A DNA stretch of 64,000 nucleotides, taken from the NCBI GenBank assembly GCA_043228905.1, contig JBHGNT010000014.1:20894001-20958000 (forward strand). The letters run 5' to 3'. Positions 56,001 to 64,000 of the stretch are shown piece after piece. This stretch comes from Azolla caroliniana. Lineage: Eukaryota; Plantae; Polypodiophyta. Numbering within the stretch: the stretch's first letter is position 1; every line of letters starts with the position of its first letter. The position numbers and the translations under genes are program-made. The notes below the pieces were generated by a model. The model was not told where the DNA came from. It made no database searches and worked only from the letters and a program-made list of their open reading frames with translations.

Positions 56001-59000
56001 TCCGCCGGCAGTAGGAACCCGCCCCCACCGATCTTGAGCTCCCGGAGCGTCCCGTCGGTGAAGGTGTGTCCTATGCAGGCGGGATCTCGTAAATTGGGGT
56101 CCGACGCCACCCCTCTGATTCGGGACTCGCTGCCCTCCGGCAAGGGTGCCGCGACTGGCCTTACCTTCCGGTCCACAGTCTTGTACTTCGTGCTAACTCG
56201 GGCCATCTGATCCGACCCGAGCCCCCGACCGAAGTTCGCGATGACTTCGTACATCTCTTCGGAACATAGCGGTATTGTCCGGTTTTCGTTAAGGTCTTCT
56301 CCGGCAACCTTCCTCAGCATCCCCAAGGTGTCGTCGAAGGAGACCGCCTCCACGGCCCCGCTAATCTCCTCGTCCGGGCCGAGAACTCCGCACGCTCGAA
56401 GTCGCACTTCCGCCCTTGTCTTTTCTCGGCCAACGATGCCGACTATCATACACCCTCCATTGTCGGAGAAGCAAAATCTCCTACCTATCGTACAGTCGTG
56501 GGGTCTTTCCCAAGTGCCTGGACTGTCTCGGCCCCACGCCTTGGCAGCCCTCTCTAAAAATCCTCCCGGTTCTCGACACCGAGGGATTCGCGGTTTCTCT
56601 CGTGGTTCGGCCGCACCGTCAGAAATTGGACCGAATGGCGCCCGTCCTGGCTTTTGACCCTCACGTAGGTCGAACCGTTGTCCAAACCTTGGTCTCCATT
56701 CGCGCCGCCGTGATGTATGGTTCACCTAATATGACCGGGTGCGAGGACGTCTCCTGTACGAAGAAGTGCTGGTCAATCTCAACGTCGCCGATCTTGACTC
56801 GCACGTTCGGGCAGGCCCCATGCAGTTCCTCGGTGGCGCGCGTCGCCGCCCGTATCTTCCACCCGTGCTTGGTGTTGATCGGCCACTTCCCCTTCTTATA
56901 GAAGTCCATGGACATCAGGTTTATTTCCAAACCGTGGTCCACCAACGCCACCACCGGTTCCCGAACATCTCCGATCTTTACCGGGGTCTCCGTGGTTGCT
57001 CGGGCCCAGTGTGGCCTTGAATAGTGGCTCTCCACCCACTCATCTGCCAACGCCGGGTCGTCGATGTGCGTCGTCCGCACCTCTACCGGTCTTTCCGGAT
57101 CCGTCTCCGTCGATAGCCTCTTCCGTTTCACCAAGTCTACAATGGAGTCGTGGAACTCCTTCTTGGCGATCCCTAGCACCTCCCGCAATGACAGCTCCAC
57201 CTTGCTGTCGAGGATCTGTTCCTCTAGGACCTTCCGTAGGTCCGTAGTCCTTTCTATTTCCGTCCCCAGTCGGTATCCGCCCTTCCTGGGGTTATCTTGC
57301 GAGCTGGGTCCGCCGGCATCGTTCCGTCGTTGCCCGAATCGGGTCTCGTACCTTTGTGAAGGCCCGGCCGCTCCGACTTTCCCCACTCATTTGTCTTCTA
57401 CCAGAGCCTCGTAGTTCTGGCAGGCGGCTTCTACGAAGCCCGTCTTCTCCTCGACCGGATCGCTCCACCCGGTTATTTCCCGGACCCGTCTCTCAGCGCG
57501 GTCCGTTTCATCCTTCTTCAACCGTGCGCCGGCAAGACCTTCCAGCATTGCCGACCAGAGTCCGTCTTTGCCCTCCTTTCGGGCCTCGCTGCCCCCGACC
57601 CGAATTCCGGCCGATGCCGAGTAGTGGATGGCTTCTACGTGTCGGGCCGCGGCCTCTTCCATCAGTCTCTTCATACCTCCTCGCCCGTCGTTTCGGTTCA
57701 GGGCCCTCCTGGTGTCGCCGGCGTGCACCCGGCCTTCCCACAGGTACACCACCCGGTTCCTCAACGCTTTTGCGAAATCGCCGCAGTCCTTCCGGATGTG
57801 GCCGACCTCGTCGCACCACATGCACCTGTTCCCTACTGCCGGCCGTCGGTCACGAGCCAGTTTGCCACCTTCCCTTCGAGTCTGGGCGATCTGGAGATCC
57901 TTTATCGCCCGCGTCAACTCCTCCAGCGCTGCTCCTCCGAACGAGCCATTGACCATGCCGGTCGAAGCCGGACCGGTTTCGAGCCATTCCCGGGTTTCTT
58001 CCCTTCGTACTTGCGGTGCCGGTTCAAGCCTCCTTGTTGTGACAGACCCCGCATCGGCCGCCCCGTTGTCAGCCCATTCCCGCTGTTTATCGAAACGGCC
58101 ACAGACTCTCTTAACCGCTGCCCAGTCGGTTGTCAGCCCGTCCTCGGTTTCCAGCAAGGTGCCGACTTGGTCCCGGTCCCGCTCGTCCACCGACTTGATG
58201 AACAATAGGACCCGGCTCGTATCCAGAATGGTTCGGTCAAGCGCCGAAAGGCGCGCAAAGCGTTCTTCAAACTCCCGGAGGAGTGCCGACGCGTTTCTTC
58301 CCTTGCCGGGGGACTCCACCCATTCCATGAAGTCCCGTTTCGAAAGCCGGAGCGCGTCGTCCAGCCCGTATTTTTCTAGGAGTCGGCCTTCGAACTCCTC
58401 CCAAGTACGGCTCTCCGCCCGCACCTCGAGCACCTCCGCATGGATGCTCGGCATCGCCACTCGAGGAAACCCGGCAAGACGCCTCTCTTCCGGAATGTCC
58501 CGCATCACCATTTCTGCCCCGTAGGACGCCAAATACTTCGTGGCATCCTTTCCACTGAACCGGCCGATCGTACCACGACCGCCTCAATGGCTCTGTTGAG
58601 GGCGCCGGTGCCCTCGCGTGCACTCAATATCCGATCCACGGCCGAAGCCATGGCCTCTGCAAGATCCGACCCCTTCATCTTCTGCTCTTTTGCCGCCTCT
58701 TTCACGTCGGGTTCACCAAAGATGTCGAGGTATTCCTCGCGGATGCGTGGAGTGAGGCGGAACCTCTGGGGTCCTGTACCATTGAGCAAGAGAGGAAGGA
58801 GTAGAGACCCTCTACGTGCGTGCGTAGATCCACAGGGACACGGCCCTTCGACGCAAAGACGCAAGTGGGACAGCGACACAGAAAGACACGAATGTATGTA
58901 TGTATTAACAAGGACAAACAACAAGAACACGAAGATAACAAAACCACGAAGTCGGTTATAACCAAACAGGCCGGCGAACAGATGCCGATGCCTGTTCGTA

Positions 59001-60229
59001 AACGTACAGAAAGACAGGAGCAGGTTGGAGGTGCTGCCGGAAGCACTCGGGCATTCCTCAGAGCAGCGCGAGCCTCCCGAAACCTGCACAGAAGGAAGCT
59101 ATGGAGTTTGCGAACCAGAGAGAGAGAGAGAAGCCTTCGCGCGCAAACCGACAGCACTTCGTCCTCGACTCTCCGCGCTCCCCTTTCCCCTCCTCGTCTC
59201 CCTCCTTTTTATAGGCGAGGAAGGAGCCGTTTCCCCTTTACTTCCTACCCACCTAGGATCTTCTATGGACAACATTCGAGAAGAGCCGGTTCCTACGCTC
59301 CTCTGCACCGATTCCGCTTATGGACGGTTTTCTTCACGACAACGTAGTCGTGGGGAGGCCTTGGTCGTGACACTTTAAGTTATGAGCTACTCTTTGAGCT
59401 CGTGTGATGACGTTGGCGCCAACAGTTGATGATACGATAGATAACATATTTGTGCCAATCTGTGTCTTTTTTTCTGGGCAATAAGGTACTAGTGTTCTTT
59501 ACAACACCATGGGCATGATGCTTCTCTTTGGAACCACTCGATAAGGTCCTGTGACTGTTGGCTGAGACTTTGCACTGGTGGTTGTGGGGGTATCGTGGTC
59601 GTTGTGCCATCCGGTTGTAATACTGATGTTTGGTTGGGCACTCGCTAACCATGTGTGGGCCTTGGCAATTGAAGCATTTCAATTCTGACCTTCTTAGACC
59701 ATTGTTGTTGCGATATCCCATCGATGGGCCCCTCTGTTCTCCTCTCAAGACGTACACTGGTATTTGGTCGCCTTCGAAGTCCACAAAGTGGGAAAGCACC
59801 TCTTCTTCAACACCGTACTCCCGGTATGAGTCTTCGTATGCGGGGGCACCCCCCCAACTTGGGTTTGGTTATTGGTGGCGTATTCTAGTTCGGCGAGGCG
59901 AGCTCCGATGCGCGGTAGTGGGGGTTGTTGGGGAAGTATTGCTGGTAGTTGTGGGAAGTATTGGTGGTGTATTCTATTTTATACTTTTACAATTGATAAA
60001 TTACAAAATCTCCCTCATTTAATTTTGAACTCCTCCTTTTGATATAATAACATTTGTGTCTTGAGTGATCTTGAAGGTAACATTAATCTTTCCGAAGGCA
60101 GTATCTTGGGCGTTTGAACTTCGATTCATGAATCGAAAATTGCTATATGCTCCTCGTCATAAGCTCCAGATGGGAAATGTCTTTCTATAGATTTTTGGCA
60201 TTGTTTTGACATTGTGAAGTGTTATCTTC

Positions 60230-60800
60230 ACGACACCGGCTCAAACGACAACCTTTGGAGGATGCCAATACACGTCACCTTCGTCGAAGACTACTCTAGG
60301 TACACTTGGATCTATCTAATGCGCCAGAAGAATTTCTCACACTTCCAAAAGTTCACGAATGGAGCCGAAACAAAAACGGGTCGACATGTTTGGTGCCTTT
60401 GGTTGGATAGAGGAAAAATATACTTTTTCGATGCATTTAAAATGTATCTCCAGTAAGAAGGAATTCAGTGAGAATTTACGTGCCAACATACACCTCAACA
60501 AAACAGAGTAGCGAAAAAGAAGAATCGACACTTTACATCGGTGGCGAGGGCCATGATGAATGAGAAAAACCTACCAAAATCATACTGGGCCTAAGCGGCA
60601 TGCATAATCGTCTACCTGATGAATCAATGCACAATGTTAGATGTGCATGAAGTCACCCCACATGAGAAGTAGTACGGAAGGAAGCCAGACTTGCCCCGTT
60701 GAAGGATATTTCACACTATTGCATTCGTGCACATTCTTGATGAGAAGTGGCAGAAGCTCGATTTGAAATCAGATGTGTATTCTCAGAGGGTACTCTCTAG
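60230..60800 (+). mobile_element. Degenerate Copia integrase fragment, possibly the same old element as 18560-18853
   Basis: VTFVEDYSRYTWIYLMRQK...CLWLDRGKIYF...TPQQNRVAKKKNR...LPKSYWA with stops and frameshifts; same strand as the old gag. Confidence 0.7.
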
Positions 60801-62455
60801 AGCACTTCATTCTCTAATGTCACATGACCTCTACACATTTGTAAGGTTTCTAACTTCGAAATTCTCCTGAATTGTAGACCCAAGTTCAAGTGGTTCATTC
60901 ACATGAAACACCCAATGTTTGATGGAAAACCAAAAAATATAACATGCCTTTAATATAGTTGAGAATATTATAACCTATTTTACTTTTTTGGAATATTTTA
61001 ATCTCAACCTTCATATATATAAAAAGAATATGAGTTAGGAGGCTAATCTTATGTCATGTCCTTGAGTCTTGAATTTTTGTATTTCTTGTGGTTAGTTTCC
61101 TTGTACCAAGCTCATTTATGAAGGTAAAGATCTTGTATTGGACAATCGTGTATCGAGCTCTTGTCTTCAAGTATCACATTTTGAATATTAGTGAGTGAAA
61201 TCTTGTAAATTGCAATAACTTTTTATAGAATATCATGCTCATATGGCAAAACATGTATTTTGCTCTTGTGATATATATTAATATAACCAAGCTATCATTT
61301 TTGTTGATAAATAATACCCGAATCGAAGTGTTAATTATCTCTTTTAGGTTGCCATGAACACATTATCTTAGTCCACTTCTTAGCCACACGGAGTTGTCAA
61401 ATATTATTTATCCTTTACATGACTTAGGCGAAAGGAACTAATCATAAAGTGAGATGCAGGAGATTGATGGAATGGATGATGCTTCAAAACTAATGAGGCT
61501 GAATTTCAAAAAATGTTGGTGTATTGCACTAATAACTGCAAAAACTAGAATGGATATACAATGGCAGTAGGTAGTACCCAGATGGTTGTTCCCCCCTCCC
61601 ATTAGATGAAAGAGGGGCGTGAATATGACATGAAATACATAGAGAACAAACATGTGGGCTATTGAATGCAGGTGATGTGTAAGATAAATAAGTGATGTCG
61701 CCCATATGGAAGTAGGCACGGACTACCCGATAAAGGGACTAAAGTTGTGTATTGAATGACATTTTAATTAATGGAGTATACTCTTTTTTGGAAAAGTGAG
61801 ATGCAAGAATTTTGCAAATATAAGCATGTAAAACTCAAATGCATTTTGGAGAGACAAAATGGATGATATGGTTGCAAGAGATTGTTCAAGCATCACATTG
61901 TGGACGCTATCTAGGTATCAAATCTGTCATCATTGATGTAGGTAACATCGCGACACAACTCAAGGTTACATTTTCTATTATCTAGCTCATGAGTTAAGGT
62001 CCTCTAGCTCTCGAAAATGCATGTGCTAACAAACCGCATATCACAAAGAGACTTCCCACAACTTCCAAGTTTGTAGGCGTTGTTGCACCTCCACCTGTCG
62101 TGTGGTTCAAAGGGCCAATGTTATGAAGTATGTGCTGAATGACATACAACCTTGCCTTGGATGGCCTAACATGTCTTTCTTATAGGTCTAGAGAGAGTGA
62201 GTGAGGAAAGCAAGAAATAAAATTAACGTCAGACATACATATGTTAAGAGGCCAGAATAGCCAATAAGACCAAACGAGGGATTTACATCTTAAAATATGT
62301 ATGGTGGGAAAGGGCGAAATCCACTCACCCCCACATTTTCTCCTTAATATTACCACCAATCCCATTAGTTAATAATATCAATATTATTTAGTCGTGACTC
62401 GTGACTCGTGACTCGTAAGTAGGGGCAACAAAAAGAAGTGAGGAAATTATGTTTC

Positions 62456-62487
<32 letters not shown>

Positions 62488-62714
62488 GAGACTGGAGTTA
62501 TTCATTGTACATACAGTATTTACAGTTGTCTGTGTCCCACTGCGAAAAAAAGATATTTTTTGCGTGTGCGTATTAATGAATGTACAATGTATGTTAGAGG
62601 CGTGCGACGAAAAAATATCTAAAAAAAAGACGAAAGAAAGAAGAGGATAAGGACCCCCAAATCAATAAATATCTCTTTCCTTGCCCAAATAATATCTTTC
62701 TTTCGTTCCTTCGT

Positions 62715-62749
<35 letters not shown>

Positions 62750-62801
62750 GTCTGTCTGTCTGTCATTTATTTACTTAACTTAACTCGTGCCTGGCTTGGC
62801 T

Positions 62802-63979
62802 ATGGCGTCTGCAGCGATTCATTCGGCAACAACGACCGTCAAACCGAGTCGTAGCGAAGATCTTGTTGATCCTCAACAGCAGATCCTTATAGAAGAAGCT
62901 GTTCGCAGAAAGTTTGATGAAGAAGCTCCCAAACGCCATCGCAAACCTCTTCGGAGTGACATCGACAGTGATGGTAATATTCAGACTGAATATTTTGACG
63001 ACCTGAATGATGACCATGAGATGCCCCCTGAGTACATCAAGCTCCAGTCTCTCGTCCATGACTCGCATGATCAGGTATGCTCTCTGTCTCTGTCTGTCTC
63101 TCTCTCCTCCAGGCATTTTTACTATACGTGTGTGTTTCTACTGTATTTAGTGTAATATATTTTACTGTTGTTTTTAAGTCGTATTTCTCTCTCTCTCTCT
63201 ATGGTTATTCACTGCAGATATCTATATATGTATGTATGCTATCTTTGCTGTATATTTCACTGCGATATTTCCCTTTTTGGTCGCTTCACTGGATCTTTCT
63301 CTTTTTGATGTCTTTACTAGATCTATCCATAGTATTTTCTTTGACTCTGAATTTTCTGTTGCCTAAACTGTATGTGTATCACCGGGTCTTCGTCTGGTGT
63401 CTTAATTACAGTATACACATGCCTATTCACTGCGGATATGTATACATGTTTGTTGTCTTTGCTGTATATTTCACTACGATCTTTCCTTTTTCGTTTCTTT
63501 ACTGGATCTACATTGTTCTTTCTTTGACTCTGATCTTTCTGGTGCCTCTACTCTACGCGTATCACCCGTTCTTCTTTTGGTGTCTTAATTACAGTGTACA
63601 CATGCATATATGCATACTTACACTTATTTTTCCAATATGATCTCTTTCTAGTGTCTTGTACTGTCTGTCTGTCTCTAGTCATATGGAATGTAGTCGATTT
63701 CCCATGGATGGCAATGTTCTTCCTCCCTCCCTCTCTCTCTCTCTCTCCTCATCTTACTCTTGTCTATTGCTGCAACCCTGATTTCGTCTAGAGCTCTCTT
63801 CACAGTATCTTTTTTTCCATTTCTTAAGGGCCTAACAAGTGCTATTCATCTTCTGTTTTTTGTGATGGTTTTTAAATTAGCATGTGGTTCAAGAATATCC
63901 CAGTGAAGTTCCAGAGGAATTCGTGGAGACGGAATACTATAAGGATCTGAACTCTGTAGACCAATCCCTACACCATGCG
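62802..63979 (+). CDS. MEE59: MEE59-like (maternal effect embryo arrest 59 family) protein, first two exons, continues beyond the window
   Basis: Exon 1 62802-63074 (MASAA...VRRKFDEEAPKRHRKPLRSD...PPEYIKLQSL...HDQ|gt); exon 2 63881-63979 (ag|HVVQEYPSEVPEEFVETEYYKDLNSVDQSLHHA|gt). APKR.KP.RS and EFVET.YY.DL.S.D..HH match the family as recalled. A (CT)n leader lies upstream. Confidence 0.75.
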
Positions 63980-64000
63980 GTATGGCTTGTTGAATTCTGC

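Larger units (their letters stand above)
45086..59341 (-). mobile_element. Gypsy F (Ylt1-like), full-length, interrupted by Gypsy G
   Basis: 619-bp LTRs at 45086-45704 and 58723-59341 (~6 differences by eye), TGTCG...CGACA termini, ACGT TSD (45082-45085 / 59342-59345). PBS 58701-58718; PPT at ~45705-45720. Gag-PR followed by RT-RH-INT, with several stops and frameshifts. Confidence 0.95.
35362..59960 (-). mobile_element. Gypsy D: degenerate non-chromovirus Ty3/Gypsy without archaeal RNase H (Athila/Phygy-like), 5'-truncated, interrupted by Copia E and Gypsy F/G
   Basis: 3' LTR 35362-35905 (TGTTA...TAACA) with a PPT at ~35906-35915. INT ~37100-38300, RH ~38375-38940, RT 38947-39750 (FIDGFSGYNQI, SYVDDL), PR ~43950-44420 (TIINTGVGVSI...LLGRPFL), gag 44420-45085 and 59342-~59960 (CFNCQGPHMVSEC). 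No 5' LTR found. Confidence 0.85.

Noticed and set aside
50215-58524. Long plus-strand ORFs antisense to Gypsy F/G (e.g. 50215-51024, 52080-52892, 57628-58524)
   Set aside because: Shadow frames of GC-rich coding sequence with no domains; start and stop positions are not consistent between F and G.
58505-59089. ORFs beginning inside the LTR and reading through the PBS into gag
   Set aside because: They rely on non-ATG starts and the LTR-encoded parts differ between F and G. The first ATG after the PBS (M(R/K)GSDLAEAM) is a simpler gag start.
63077-63640. 187-aa hydrophobic ORF
   Set aside because: Lies in the T-rich, internally duplicated first intron of the MEE59-like gene; a compositional artefact.

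Overview
Land-plant nuclear DNA, probably a non-seed vascular plant such as a fern (inferred from gene style and TE types only). Host genes read from the sequence, all on +: an 11-exon plastid ketol-acid reductoisomerase (1490-6490), an intronless-CDS RNA Pol IV/V subunit 7-like gene (8922-9458) flanked by a ~470-bp direct repeat, a 5-exon 204-aa LRR gene that the ORF track almost misses (13887-16525), and the first two exons of a MEE59-like gene (62802-63979, runs off the window). About 18.5-60.8 kb is one nested LTR-retrotransposon island. Left nest: old Copia > Copia A (-) > Copia B (+) > very young Copia C (+) > 762-bp solo LTR. Right nest: non-chromovirus Gypsy D (-) containing a truncated Copia E (+) and Gypsy F (-), with Gypsy G (-) inside F. 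The window opens with a chromovirus 3' end. Most notable: (i) Gypsy D Pol continues in frame past integrase into a coiled coil and a second retropepsin-like protease; (ii) F and G look like fungal Ylt1-type elements, with a tRNA-Trp PBS, 4-bp ACGT target duplications and a conserved G_GAU_UUU -1 frameshift site followed by a predicted pseudoknot; (iii) the solo LTR has the same TGTCG...CGACA ends, an ACGG duplication and an embedded tRNA-like cassette. All alignments and counts were done by eye and no database was searched.
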